DNA of 64,000 nucleotides from positions 1,240,001 through 1,304,000 of the forward strand of contig NC_089431.1 in assembly GCF_026210795.1 (NCBI RefSeq). The letters run 5' to 3'. Positions 21,602 through 35,404 of this stretch are shown one piece after another. Both the position numbers and the translations under genes were made by a program. The notes under the pieces were generated by a model. The model did not search any database. It was given only the letters and a program-made list of their open reading frames with translations, and had not been told where the DNA came from. Positions within the stretch are counted from its first letter, which is position 1. The number at the start of each line of letters is the position of its first letter. This stretch comes from Rhizophagus irregularis (lineage: Eukaryota).

Positions 21602-24600
21602 TAATAAACCAAAGATAAAATTAAATGAGATTAAATGAAATCAGAAATAAAAATATATAAGAACCGAAACAAAAGATAAAATAAATGAGAAGATAATTGA
21701 ATAACCAAAATCGTATCAAAAATGAAATCACAAAGTAAAAGTATAAAGAAAATAAAAAAATCCCAACCAAAGGAAAAGAAACCAAAAAAAACCCCAAAGA
21801 AAAAATCAAAAAAACCGAAGAATACAGCACAACGTTCTTTATTTGATTACTAGTACAATAAACCATAAATTTTGGAGCTCATTATTTTTACAATAGAATT
21901 AAATAATATGTAAAATAGTATTTAAATAATGTTTGAATGATCTAATTTTTTTTCGATCCAAAATTATAAGGATTTATTCAAATAAGCTTAAAGAGCTATG
22001 TATAGGATTAGAAATTATTATAGTATTATCGAGTTACAATAACAAAAATTATTTGGCTTAGATAATGAAAATCAAAATTGTTAAAGAAAAAATCAGAATA
22101 TATCTGTAATTTTAAAAAATATTACATTAGAATTATTAATGTTAAGCAATATCAAAATATCTTCATAAGTTTTTTATTAAATATATTTAATCTAATTATT
22201 ATCAAGTCATGATCTAGCAGTATGAATGGTTTGGATCCGATTAACGATAATTAATTAACCCTATCTCAAAAAATTGGTCAATCGATTAAACCATAATTCT
22301 GGTCAAATTATATAATGCGGATGACATAAAGCCCAGCAATTGTGAATATCGATCACGAGATCGTCCTTTTAAATTACAATGACGCTAATGACGCTAATGA
22401 CTTCAATGCTAAATTTATATCACGCACGTCATTCAAACCCAAATTTTTATTAATTTTTTAATAAGGCTTTTTACTCTTCACTAATCCTCTTCAACATTTA
22501 TTAGTTGGACGTCGAATAATTTTTTACGCTTTGTTGATTTTTATTTTTTCCCCGTTAATTCTTTTCGTTACAATCTGATTTTAGATTTATAGCTATGACC
22601 CTGTTCATTAATTATAAATTAATAATTTTTATATATGTTTTATTTTAGTTTTCTTCACTAAATGTATTATACGATCCTTCGTTATAAATAAAATAAAATA
22701 AAATACAAAATCGATTAATAAGACTTTCTCCACAACTAGATATATATGAATTAGTACAATTCGATTAAAAAAAAAATATTTTTTTTTAAAAAATATTAGC
22801 CAATTAATTTATCGGGTTAATAAGACCCTTGGTTAATTTGTTTTTCAGTTTTTTCGGTCGATTTTCAACCTCAGAAAACTTACTTATTATTTGATAATTC
22901 TTAAAATAATTATAGACGATGGAAAAATTTTTATGGTTAATCGAACTATCGAACTTTCTAAAATCTTTCATATTTAAAGGTAACCCACAACGAGTATATA
23001 GATAAGTATAATCCTATGATATAGTATCAAATAATTATATACAGTAGATATACCAAAAAATTAATTGATTTACTTATTTTATTATAAATATGTTTATTAT
23101 TTATCAATCATGTAATTTTAACAATTAGCTATTAGTTTGTTAACCCTTTGCTTTGCAAATTATTTTCAAGTTTCTCCTTCTCAAATTCAGAGTCCTCCTT
23201 GCGCAAAAAAACTCTATATAGATGCAATCCGTCTATCCGCTACGCGCGGATCATTGGGGTGCGTCGTTAACTATGTAAATCAAAACTATATCAAGTCACC
23301 TAAGATTTTATATAGTTAATATTTTAGAGTCTAAATTTGATAGACGAAATTTCATAGGTACACAGATCGAACAATTTCTCAAATATTTTCGCACTTATTA
23401 GCTTCTTCAAACTATCTTTACAAAATTACGAAGTTTTTTTTACATTTACTGATAAATTATTTGAGGTCTGATTATTTTTTTTTGGTATTTTATTATTAAC
23501 ACACAAAATGGTCTCGTAACTTTACTAATAAACTCATGTTCTTAATCTTAATATGCTTTTTTTTCTCAAAGTACAGAATAGTTAAAGCCACACCCTATAA
23601 AAAATTTTTATCCGAATATTTCCATTATTTCTCCGTGTCTTCCATAAAAATTCTGTGAAAATGATACATTTACGGATATCCGTGTTAGCGAGATGAAAAT
23701 TTCCATGATTTAAGGCTATAAATTCCATTAAAATGATACATTCACGGAAAAAACATGAAAAGATAAAACACAGATCAGATTTTTTACAGGGACAGTGCCA
23801 CACATCTAATATAATACAAATCATATAAACGTCATTTTCAATTAAAGGAACGAAACAGTCAAAACTCCGTTTGTCATCAGATATATAAATATATATATTA
23901 TATAAGATAATATTTCAAAAGAAAATTTAGGCAAGTTAAAGAATGAGTCAAGAAGATTACTTCAGGAAATACCGCCTCAGCTATTTGGGCCTGATATCAC
24001 TTCAGATCTTTTTAAACAAATGCTTTGCATATATAAAAAAATTAACATTATTAAATTTAATTTGTACAGTATATATTTATTTGCATTAATAAATTCATTA
24101 TTGTAACAATAAACTCATTTATTGTTATTAAAATCCTTAATTAATAATATATAACTTGATATAGTTTTGATTTACATGGATCATCCATCAGTGACGGGTA
24201 TACGTTTTTATAATATCCGTCAGATTAATCTTTCGGATATTTTCAGATATCTTTGGGTACACGGATCGAATACTAGTAATACGAGTAATACGGATAAACG
24301 GAATAAACGAATACGGATAGGCGGATGACGAATATACGCAGATTGGGAACAAACTCTTTCATTTTAATACTTTTTTAATTTCTTCCACTAACGAGAGTAT
24401 AAAAGAACAAAAATGTACAAGTACGAATGGGTATGATGTCAATTTAATAATTAATAATCTACAGTAATATCCTAATTAATATAACAGATAATTATTAATT
24501 AAAAAGATGTTCGAGCTGCAAAAAAAAATCATGAAAATCTTTGGAAAGTCATTACTTTTTATGGATACTGACCGAAATTATCATAATACTGGCCGATTTA

Positions 24601-24929
24601 CTGCCTTCCCAACCTTTATACATATATTTCGGGATCTTTTTATTACCCTTTTTATTTTTATATTTATAAACGGCTCATTTTTTTAGATTTAATTTGCTAC
24701 TAGACTTAATATAATCAGAGTACGGTATAATTTTGTACCATACTAATAATATATACACGACCGATACGGTATGATTAGTAAATGGATTATCATATTATCA
24801 TACCGGATTATGATATCAGTAAGCAAAGCTTATTAACGTAACTATGTGATACCGCAAAAAATTGATGTTTTAAACATGGCGTCTAGAATAGTTAACATTA
24901 TTTATTTTTTATTTGATCAAAAAATCAAA

Positions 24930-25205
24930 AATCCCGAGTCGACAAAAATAATCCCGAAAGTACATTACCTGACATATAATTATCCGACATACAATTATCC
25001 TGACTACCAAATAAATATTTTAGGTCTGAAATAATTGAATTAGCTATATTATTACAAAAAGTCCAAAGTTTATGTTGTATTATGAGATGTTTCTAATAAA
25101 ATAATGAAGTTTTTATGAAATTGAAATTGAAAGAATTTGTTGGAATAACAATTGTCAGGATAATTCAGGATTATTATGGTCGGTATTGTATTGAATCGGG
25201 CAAAT
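24930..25205. mobile_element. Degraded MITE with inverted subterminal repeats (ATTATCCTGAC / GTCAGGATAAT)
   Basis: Mirrored short repeats; ends not resolvable. Confidence 0.4.
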
Positions 25206-25863
25206 GAAATTTTTGATTTCGTAGCGAAACCCTTGTATTCCTTGTATTAAATGAAATAATGTGTCACGGTACTTTAAGAGTATGCAGGCACCGTTCAAAT
25301 TCAATTGTAATAATAATCTTCAGTTAGTTAATTGTTGTAACACATGACTAAATTTCAGTAAGAAAAATTAACCCACGGCAAGTCGGGTAATTTTATTTAA
25401 CTTGTAATAATGATCGAAAAAATTTGAAACATTTTAATCTGTTAAATGTAATCGTAAATATGCACTGTATTTTAATTGTAATACCATATATTATTTTATT
25501 GGGAAATTGCCGATAATGTTAAACAATGGAGTTGGTGGTTTAAAAAATGTCCAGTACATCAAAATGCAAAAAATAAATTAGTCACGTGATTTTGACTCCC
25601 TTAGAAAAACTTTTTTTGAAACCGTGTAACTATCCTGTAAATATTTGTTTTTTTGTTTATCTAAACGTGTATGTGTAATTGAACATATTTTCATTAAAAT
25701 GTATTAGAATAAATTATCACTTGAAATTCTATTCGACTAATTAGAAAAATTATAATAAATTATAAATTAATATTATGTTTACATAACAAAATATTTTTAT
25801 TTTTTTTTTTCTCTTAATCGAAATTCGAAATTTTTTTTAGAAAAAAGGGTTTTTTTTTCTTTG

Positions 25864-26033
25864 AATAATAAAATAATAAAATAATAAAATAATAAAATAA
25901 TAAAATAATAAAATAATAAAATAATAAAATAATAAAATAATAAAATAATAAAATAATAAAATAATAAAATAATAAAATAATAAAATAATAAAATAATAAA
26001 ATAATAATAGAATAATAATAATAATAATAATAA
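25864..26033. repeat. (AATAATAA)n followed by (AAT)n microsatellite
   Basis: Seen directly. Confidence 0.95.
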
Positions 26034-27449
26034 TTAAACAAAATTAAAAAAAATATATTTTTTTTACAATGAATTATTAAATAATAGAACCAAATTTGTT
26101 TATTATTAAATAAATATAAAGATTCTGGATTTCCATAGTTCATAACTCGTAATATCCGATCACTTCCGTTCCGAATATTTAGAGTAATCAGCATATTTTG
26201 TCCCCAGCGTGTTAAAAATAATGGCCATAATTAAAAAACTTTATTTTAACATGTGGATTGAAACTTATCACAAACATAACATTTGTACGAATTATAAATA
26301 TATCTCGAATGTATCGAATTTTAGTAAAAAAAAAAAGTTTCGATTTAAGAATAATCCATCTTTAGACGTTATCAAAAGGATAAAAAAAAAAATATTAAAA
26401 ATACTAATACTAAAATACTAATAGTCTAATACTAAAATATAAATATAATATATAATATATATATAATATAATATAATATATATTATATATTATTATATAT
26501 ACAGTACGGAAATATATATTGTATTATTGCATGGGGCATAAATATTTTTTTCCGTCCTTTGCAGAATTATTTATAATTGTTAAATTTATTTAATTTTCAT
26601 TGGTTTTAATTCATTTAACTTCAAACAGTAATTTTTCTACTTTATCAAAAATATACAAGTTCGGATAAACATGATCATATGAATTTTTACAAATCAAGAT
26701 ATCGAATAATATCCTACGGTAGATCCGAGAATAAAAAACAAAAAAATTTTTTTTTTTTTTCGCTACGCCTTAATTATCCTACATAATTGATTAATCATTT
26801 TTTTTTTTTATTGTTTCAAAAATGTATACCTATTTATTTATGAATAAATGTTAAAAAAAGGAATAGTAATTTATGTACGTATCGAATGATGATTACGTAA
26901 TAGAATTTCTTCTTGTAATAAATATAGTTAGAACGGAAACACTTTCCCTTTTTTTTTAAAAAAAATTAAAATTGTAAAAGAAATGTTTCTATTCGCAAAT
27001 ACTTTTTTAATATTTTGGTATCGAATAATAATAAGACTTGATGATGAATTTTTTAGTTTTGTTATAATAAGTTATCCTTTAAAGGAGTTCAAAATACCTT
27101 GATGGAGTTAAATTACATATATGTATAAATTTTTTAACGGAATCGGATTAAAAATATTTTTCCAAATTTAATTAATTTTTTCCTTAATTTTTTATCAGAA
27201 AGAAAGGAAATCGAGATTAAAACTTTTTTTAAAAAGAGGAATATTAGAATAAATGCATGCCGAAAACTTGTGTTACTTTGTGTAAAATTTTAGGGAAACA
27301 AATCAAAAATTATTGTACCAATCCTTTTTTATGGATTGATTTTCATTCATTATTTATTTATTATTATTATTATACAATATTGTAATTTTTGAATAAATGC
27401 AAATTAAATTAATGTTTATGTTGTATTTATATTAATCGAATAAAAGAAA

Positions 27450-27482
<33 letters not shown>

Positions 27483-27877
27483 CAATATAATATTTTTATT
27501 TTTAAAATTTTTATTTATATAAATTTTTATTTACTTTTAGAATAAATCATCACGTATGTAACTCAACAATTATTATATACAATTTATTACAATTTAAAAA
27601 AATTATATTCAATTATATCGGAATTTTCTTTGTGTAACCAAACAAATTTATTTCAAAATTTTTTTTTTTTACTCTTTTCTCGATTATTATATATTAAGTC
27701 ATTTGGTTGGATCTTTTTTTTTTTTTTTATTAATTTATACTACATTTAATGATACGCCAAGATTTACTTTTTACTTAAAGATAAACAAATTTCCTGCAAA
27801 ATAAAGCAAAATAATCAAAAAAATAATCAACCTTTTATTTATATTCCGGTGAATCAAAAAAAAAGTAATCGTCAGAG

Positions 27878-27908
<31 letters not shown>

Positions 27909-28245
27909 TGCAGGGTTATAAATGAGGTTATTATTTTTTATTTAAACTGTTTTCTTGTTTAAAAAAAAAAATAAAAAAAATTAATAAATAAAAATTATTT
28001 CGTTATTCATTCATTTTTTTTTTTTTTTTTCATTCATTATTCATTATTCATTATTCATTATTCATTATTCATTATTCTTTCTTTTCCATTTTCTTTGTAT
28101 TTTTTTTCTTTTTTTTTTCTTTCTTTCTTACTTTCTTACTTTCTTTCCTTCCTTTTCTTTTCCCTTTTTATTTTTTATTATTTTTTAAAAAAAAAGGAAA
28201 AAAAAACACCGCATTAATAATCCGCATTAATAAGTGATACATAAT

Positions 28246-30726
28246 ATGATAAAACAAAAGACGTCATTTGATTCTCTTATTGTAGATTCACATTCTGGTA
28301 AAGGAAAATTTTCACTTCCAACTTTACGAAGATATTCTTCTACAACAAATTTACATCAACAAGAAAATGTTAATACACCACAAATACTTCAAAGAAGTCT
28401 TTCATCAATATTTAGAAAAATACCGAAAAATTCTAACGAAAAAAGAGAAAATGATACCAATTCAATAGATGATGATAATGCATCTATAACTTCATCGGAT
28501 TCATCATTAGATGAAAATGATACTAAATATAATAATAAATTGATTTCAATATTTAGTGGTGCTTTTAATAATAAGGGTAATAATAATTTAAATAATAATC
28601 ATAATAAAAAGAAAAGATATAATTTTAATGAAATAATAGTAAGTAATGAAATAATAATTACTACTACTGATTCAAAAGATTTTAAAGATGATGAAAATTA
28701 TGGTTATATAAATCCTACCCTTACTACTTATGAAACTCATTTACATACTCCTACTCATAATTATTCTTTTTATTATCCTTGTCGAAGTAAATCCGTTCCT
28801 CTTTTACCTAAATTAAGTGAAGAATATTCTCAACTTTCTCGTCATACTTCTATTAATGAAAGAGAATTACCTACTATACCTGATGATAAAATTGTTTCTA
28901 CTTCTACTACTACTACCACTACTTCATCTCCTAAATCCTCTTTAACTATAAACGTTTCTCATGTTGAACCAACTTTATCTTTGGAAATTTTACGTTATTC
29001 TGTTTCAACTTCCCCTCTTATTTCTCCGAAACTTTCTTTACATTCTTCTTCTTCTCCTTCTCCTCCAAATTCTACTTCTCTTTTACCTTCATCATCATCT
29101 TCTCCTCCTTTACCTCCTTTACTTCCTTTATCATCTAAACCATCTACACCAGGATTATTGATAATACCCAATAATAACAATAATAATTGTAATAATAATA
29201 TCAAAACTATTACAAACATTGTTACCACACCTACCACACCTACAGAAATATCGGAATCATGGCCTTTCGCTCGTTATCCATTGAGATCAACATTTTATAA
29301 TTTATCCGATTTACCTCCTTCTAATCCTTCACCACGTTCTTTCAATAATTCAAAAATTTCTGTTACCCCACCTTTAAAACATTCCCAATCTAAAAGTTCA
29401 ACTCGATCATCTCGTTCAAAATCTGTATCACGTTCACTTTCTAAAAGTTCACTTCGTTCAAAATCATTATCACGTACTCATTCTAAAGGATCTCTTAGAC
29501 GTTCAAAATCTGAATTATTTCCACCAACTATAAAAAAATCTTATGATCCAAATCATTGTTTTTATGGATTATGTGAAAAATGTAAACAACCTCGTACAGG
29601 TATTTTATGGTGTCAATCTTGTTATACAACAATTTTTAGAAAAGATTTTGATAATTGGACAAGTGGAGATTATAATATTGATGAATTTATTAAGAAAACT
29701 CAAATAAATTCTAATAATATATGTGAATTACTTGAATGGATACCTTTTGAAAAATTTAGGGATTTACAATTAATAGGAGAAGGAGGTTATAGTATAGTTT
29801 ATTTAGCAAAATGGATTGATGGAAGAATATTAGATTTAAATGAAGATGGTAAATGGGAAAGAACAGGAGAAAATGATGTTATATTAAAAGTATTTTTTAA
29901 TTCAAAAGAACTTAGTGAAGATTATTTAAATGAACTTGACATTTATCATAAAAGTACACCAAAATTAAATCATGTATTAAGATGTTATGGAATATCAAAA
30001 GATCCTTTTGCAAAGAATACTATTATGGTAATGGAATATGCTAAAGATGGAAATTTAAAAAATCATTTAAAAAATAATTTTAATAATATTACATGGATTA
30101 AACGTATATCAATGATTAATGATATAACAAAATCATTAAAATCAATTCATTCATCTGGTTTAATTCATAAAGATTTACATTCAAGTAATATATTAATACA
30201 TGATGATTATACTTTTATTGATGATTTAGGTTTATGTACACCAAAAATTCAAAATAATAATAATAATGATTCAAATTTATTATATGGAGTTATGCCTTAT
30301 GTAGCTCCTGAAGTATTAAAAGGAAATCAATTTACCATGAAATCAGATATTTATAGTTTTGGTATGATAATGTATGAAATTATAACTTCTTTACCTCCTT
30401 ATCATGATTATAATTGGGATGAAAATTTATTACGAGATATTTGTGATGGGATTAGACCGAAAATTCCTGAAGGTATACCGAATTGTTATATAGAATTAAT
30501 GACAAAATGTTGGTCTCAAAATCCTGAGGATCGACCTAATGCGGATTATTTAGCCAAAATTCTTGAAGATTGGAAAAATAATATTTCACAAATAGAAGAA
30601 TTTAATATTGCGGAGCAATTTAGATTAAATCAATCAAATAGTATTGATATTGAAAAGTCAGTAAATTATAAAAGTAAAGCATTACCAAAGTTTTATGAAA
30701 TATTACCAACTTCATCAAATGAATAA
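28246..30726 (+). CDS. Intronless TKL-like protein kinase with a ~430-aa Ser/Pro/Asn-rich low-complexity N-terminus (826 aa from the first ATG)
   Basis: CEKCKQP..WCQSC, GEGGYS, VILK, HKDLHSSN, DLG, YVAPE, DIYSFG in one open ORF. Confidence 0.9.
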   Translation: MIKQKTSFDSLIVDSHSGKGKFSLPTLRRYSSTTNLHQQENVNTPQILQRSLSSIFRKIPKNSNEKRENDTNSIDDDNASITSSDSSLDENDTKYNNKLISIFSGAFNNKGNNNLNNNHNKKKRYNFNEIIVSNEIIITTTDSKDFKDDENYGYINPTLTTYETHLHTPTHNYSFYYPCRSKSVPLLPKLSEEYSQLSRHTSINERELPTIPDDKIVSTSTTTTTTSSPKSSLTINVSHVEPTLSLEILRYSVSTSPLISPKLSLHSSSSPSPPNSTSLLPSSSSSPPLPPLLPLSSKPSTPGLLIIPNNNNNNCNNNIKTITNIVTTPTTPTEISESWPFARYPLRSTFYNLSDLPPSNPSPRSFNNSKISVTPPLKHSQSKSSTRSSRSKSVSRSLSKSSLRSKSLSRTHSKGSLRRSKSELFPPTIKKSYDPNHCFYGLCEKCKQPRTGILWCQSCYTTIFRKDFDNWTSGDYNIDEFIKKTQINSNNICELLEWIPFEKFRDLQLIGEGGYSIVYLAKWIDGRILDLNEDGKWERTGENDVILKVFFNSKELSEDYLNELDIYHKSTPKLNHVLRCYGISKDPFAKNTIMVMEYAKDGNLKNHLKNNFNNITWIKRISMINDITKSLKSIHSSGLIHKDLHSSNILIHDDYTFIDDLGLCTPKIQNNNNNDSNLLYGVMPYVAPEVLKGNQFTMKSDIYSFGMIMYEIITSLPPYHDYNWDENLLRDICDGIRPKIPEGIPNCYIELMTKCWSQNPEDRPNADYLAKILEDWKNNISQIEEFNIAEQFRLNQSNSIDIEKSVNYKSKALPKFYEILPTSSNE

Positions 30727-32744
30727 TTGAATGATTTTTTTTTTAAAAAAAAATTTATATATATATAATAATTATTTGTAATTCTTTGACACACTTTTTT
30801 TTTTGTCAAGTTTGTTGCATGTAAATTGATAAATATAAATAAAAAAATTTATAGAGATTTTAATTTTGATCTGCGTTTTACAATGTTTAACCTTTTTCTA
30901 CCTAAAATTTGACGTAAAGATAAAAATTATTCGTCGAAATTTAAACTTTAATTTAACGTTAATTTAACGTTAATTTTAACATTAAAAAATCGTTCATAAA
31001 TTTTTTTTTTTATTATGATTATAATTTTCCTTTTTTGAATTGTTGACAGATGAGATATGATGTTGTCACGCTGATTTGTTGGTGTTAGTGGCGTTTTTTT
31101 TTTTCGGTAAATTTTATTAGACGTGTTATAATGTAATACAACAAGTAAATAAATATCCAATGATTTAAGTTAAAAAATATTTTTAAAGTCCTCTTGTTTT
31201 TATTTTGATTCATCTATAAAAAGAAATTGTTTATTTAACATTTACATACTTTATTACTATTACATCATACATACATTTCTTTTTAATCCTTCGTAGTAGT
31301 TTTTGACTATCAATATCTTTCGATGAATAATCCATGTGAATTAACGCCCATATATTTCGGGGATAATTCCGTTTTATAATGATTCGTTTGTATTATTTAT
31401 TATTTCGAGAAATACAATAATTTATAAAAAAAGAAATATTAAATTAATTTCTTTATGAGAAAAAAGTACGTTATCATATGTCATCGTATGCTATCAGGAT
31501 GTTATACATGAGGATCCTTTGTGATAGTAAAAAATTTGATTCAATTCTTCTATTATAGGAAATCAACAAAAATACACTTGTTAAAAAAAACCTAACATTA
31601 TTCAAACAATATAAATAAATAAATGATATTATGAAAATAATAATAATAATAAATTAATAATAATAAAATATATACATTATGTATATATTATGTATATATA
31701 TATATATATAATTATATATTATTTTATTGTCTTACCACGTAATTTCAATTTTTTACTTGGTCAACATAATAATATTTTTATTTTTATTTTATTTTTATTT
31801 TTATTTTCTAGAAAAATCTCACAAAAATACGAAAATATTTTATTTTCCAATTAAAATGGATGAATTTATTCTATTTTTTTTAACTGAAAAAAGTTTATTT
31901 TCTTTTTCCTTTTTTTCCTTTTTGTGAAAAGTAACACGGTAACACGGCACATTACATGTTTACCTGTTTTACATCACCTATGGTTTAGTTGAATTTTTTC
32001 ATTTCCAACCAATTACGAATGGTTTTTTTTTTAGACTATTTAAATTTTTTTTTTCAGTTTACAAAAAAAAAAAAACAAAAATATTAAGCACGTTTACGTC
32101 GTTTACATTTTTAGAATGTAAACAATCAGCAAAAAACTTTAATTTGTTCGATTTATTTACTTAATTTGTACATCATTATTATCCCTTTATAGTTAATTTT
32201 TTTTTTTTATTTAGAAACTCCGAAAAAGAATGAAATAATTTTTTATTGTCAGAATTGCATTCTAAATAAAGTATAACCCTGTCCTGTATACAATAAACGA
32301 TATGTTTTATTATATTTACTCACTGAATTTTATTTTTTATTTTTTAACCGATTAACCGGATAAATTATTCACGATACAAAATTAATTGGATAATGAGAAT
32401 ATAATAATGTTGAATCTTCGTATCGGACCCTTAATTATAAACCAATAAACATCAAATAATATGGTTAAAAATTATTTCATTATACTTCTTTATTTATTAA
32501 AATCTATCGATCTTGATGAAGTTACTCTTTTCTCAAGATCGAAATCATGTATGTACTCTTTTGAATTTAAAAAAGGAAATCGGTAATTAAATAAACAAAA
32601 AAGAAACTTGAACCAATTATCGTTTATTTAAGAATTTATTATGAAACTATTTGATATAATTGATATAGTTTATATAATTGATATAGTTGATATTTTCGTA
32701 ATTTATTTTAATTTAATTTAATTTATTTTATTACTTTATATGCC

Positions 32745-32975
32745 AAATAATAAAATTATCTTAATATAAAATATTTTATTATGTATAATAATAAAAAAAT
32801 TATCACCATACAAAATAATTTATTATGTAAAAAAATTTATTATGTATAATAAAAAATTGCCATCATATAAAATAATTTATTATGTATAATAATAAAAATT
32901 ATCATTATATAAAATAATTTATTACGCAAAATAATAAAAAATTATCATCATATAAAATAATTTACTATGTATAAT
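32745..32975. repeat. Degenerate ~42-bp AT-rich tandem repeat (AATAAAAAATTATCAYCATAYAAAATAATTTATTATGTA)
   Basis: About 5 copies visible. Confidence 0.7.
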
Positions 32976-34029
32976 CCATCCGTATAAAATAAAAAAAAAG
33001 AATTTTTGATTTAGAATTTAGAAACTTGAATTCAAAAAAATTAAAAAATAAATATAATAAAATAACTTTTTTTTTTAATATAAATAAACTGTACAACCAA
33101 TTCTAAACTTTTCCCGAGAACGCCAAGATTTTTATTCTCATTTTAGAATGGGATATTCCATCAAAGAATTTTCTAATGTAAATTTTTTTTTTCATTGATG
33201 TATAAAGACCATGATGATGTTTGGAATTTGGAATTCCATTCGCGAATTTTACTCGTTCATAATAAATATACTGTATGCAATGTCGATATATTATTATCGT
33301 TAACGTCATGTTGCGTTTGTTTATGATCTTTTGTTACACGTAACCTTTCCAGGCTTTAACTCCGTTAGAAAAAGAAAAAAATAGTAAATACGATATAGAA
33401 AATTAAATGAAATGACTAAAAAATAATTAGAATACTATTTTTAGTGACGTTATAAAGATGATTTAAACAAACATTGAAATCTATAATCTATTATTAAATA
33501 ATATTTCATAAATGGATATTATTAAATAAATTTATAAATAAATAAAATAAAATTTTTTATATCGTCTATTTAAATTTTTATAATGTAATTAATAGTTATG
33601 CTAATAAAACAGCATCTATTAATAGGAAAACAAGTAATACAAATTAAAAATTTGAATAAAATCAATTTTTTCGTCATAATATTTACTTGAAATAATTTGA
33701 ATTGATGATGAATTTGAAGAATTTTACTGGTTTGGGAAGGTTTTTGAAATTCAAAAAGTTCTACTTGTATAGATTGCTTGAGGATTTTTAATGCTTTTTT
33801 AATTATTTTCATTTGATCTATTTTTTAATTTTATCATCATATTGTGTTTATTTCCATTTTTTTTATATACCGGCATATAATTCCATAGAATTTGTTCTAT
33901 TTTCTTCTTTAGCGTTCTTTAGCGTCCCAACATTTCATAATTAAATCTGACAAAAAGTTTTGGATTATCTACAGAAATTCTTGCTCCAAGTCCTTTACAT
34001 ATTTTGCAGCCAAATATGATCATGGGGAA

Positions 34030-34198
34030 TAAGGTTGCTGGTCGTAAGTAATAATTACGACATTTCGAATTGCAACCTAGGTTGTAACCTACTAGGTTGC
34101 AACCCTAACGAAACCGTAAATATACGCGTGTTGCAAGCAGCGTAATATTACGATACTTAGGTTGTAAATGGTTGCAAACATTATGGCAGGTCACGCTA
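34030..34198. mobile_element. hAT-type MITE inserted in the kinase pseudogene; same family as 59927-60012
   Basis: 8-bp TSD ATGGGGAA / ATGAGGAA. End TAAGGTTGCTGGTCGTAAGTAA matches the reverse complement of the 60012 end. Kinase sequence is continuous once the element is removed. Confidence 0.75.
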
Positions 34199-34409
34199 AT
34201 GAGGAATATCATTAAAAAGAATTTCTTTAGAAAGGTATTCATTCATAATTATTTCAAATGAATAAATATCTGCTGTTTTTGTATATTGATATCGACATCC
34301 ACGTAAAATTTCTGGTGACATACAAGGTATACCCACGTAAATTTGTCATACACCCACGGTGCGGACATGGCTTTAGACGACCCCATATAAGGTAAACTCC
34401 TCTTTTACC

Positions 34410-35235
34410 ACAAGATGTTTCGCCGAAAGGACTTTTCGCCGAAAGTACAGTACATTTTATCGAATCCATTTCACCGAATCGTCCATTTCACCGAATCGCC
34501 CATTTCACCGAATTCTATTGACATTTCACCGAAAATGGTAGCGATTAACATTTTTTAGTCTGAAGTATAACGAGGGACTAAATATTTCTACGCAAGTTGA
34601 TATACAAGGTTCATGTCTGGATGTCCGTCCGGCAAAAGTGTCATTCTTGATATGTAATAATAAAAATATACACGTCTATCAAGAAATCATATCAAGAATG
34701 ATGTTTTTGCTTCTCACGTGACATTGTGCAACAAAAAAAACTTTAAATGGCACTTCTGACTTAATAACGGATTCCGTTTCCTAGTATAAAAAATATTCAA
34801 CGCGAAATGAAAATAAAAATATAAAAATGAAATATTTTTTTTTCCAAGATATTATCGATATTATCACTTTAGCATTTAAGTAACTGATATTAATTTTTAA
34901 GCAATAAATTAAATGTTTTCGGGAAAATAATGTACTATAACAACGTGATAATTTTAATAAATTTCATCTAATTCAAAATTTTTCTAGATGAAGATTTCCT
35001 TATGTGTTTAGTACAATAACCAAATTAGCCAAATGGAATAAATAATTTTTCAGCGAAATGTCCATTCGGCAAAACGTCCATTCGGTGAAATGGCTTCGGC
35101 GAAATGAAATTCGGTTTCGGTGAAATAGTATTTCGGCGAAATGTCCCCTCGGTGAAATACCCCTTCGGCGAAACATCCCTTCGACGAAATGGCTTTGGCG
35201 AGATGGATTCGGTGAAAAGTCCCGATCGATACCAT
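34410..35235. mobile_element. Second MULE-like element with CATTTCRCCGAA arrays (family of 20587-21046); exact ends not determined
   Basis: Arrays at 34415-34535 and, inverted, at 35050-35222. Confidence 0.6.
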
Positions 35236-35284
35236 TCTTAAATTACTACTTATATATACACCTATATCGCATAAATACCGTACC

Positions 35285-35404
35285 ATTCCGAAATTAAACA
35301 ACCATTTTTTGAACTTAATTCTGGCCAAAGTAGTCATAATTCTGGTCAAATTTGCCATAATGCGGGCCAGGGTTGCTTATTTCGGGGTTGTTTAATTTCG
35401 GAAT
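35285..35404. mobile_element. Small MITE with TIR ATTCCGAAATTAAACAACC
   Basis: Perfect 19-bp inverted repeat. Confidence 0.7.

Noticed and set aside
20530..21612. Short ORFs at 20530, 20837, 21101, 21430 (also 34254 and 35050)
   Set aside because: They lie on MITE/MULE repeats and have no protein motifs.
25814..26194. Hydrophobic 126-aa ORF
   Set aside because: Translation of the (AATAATAA)n microsatellite.
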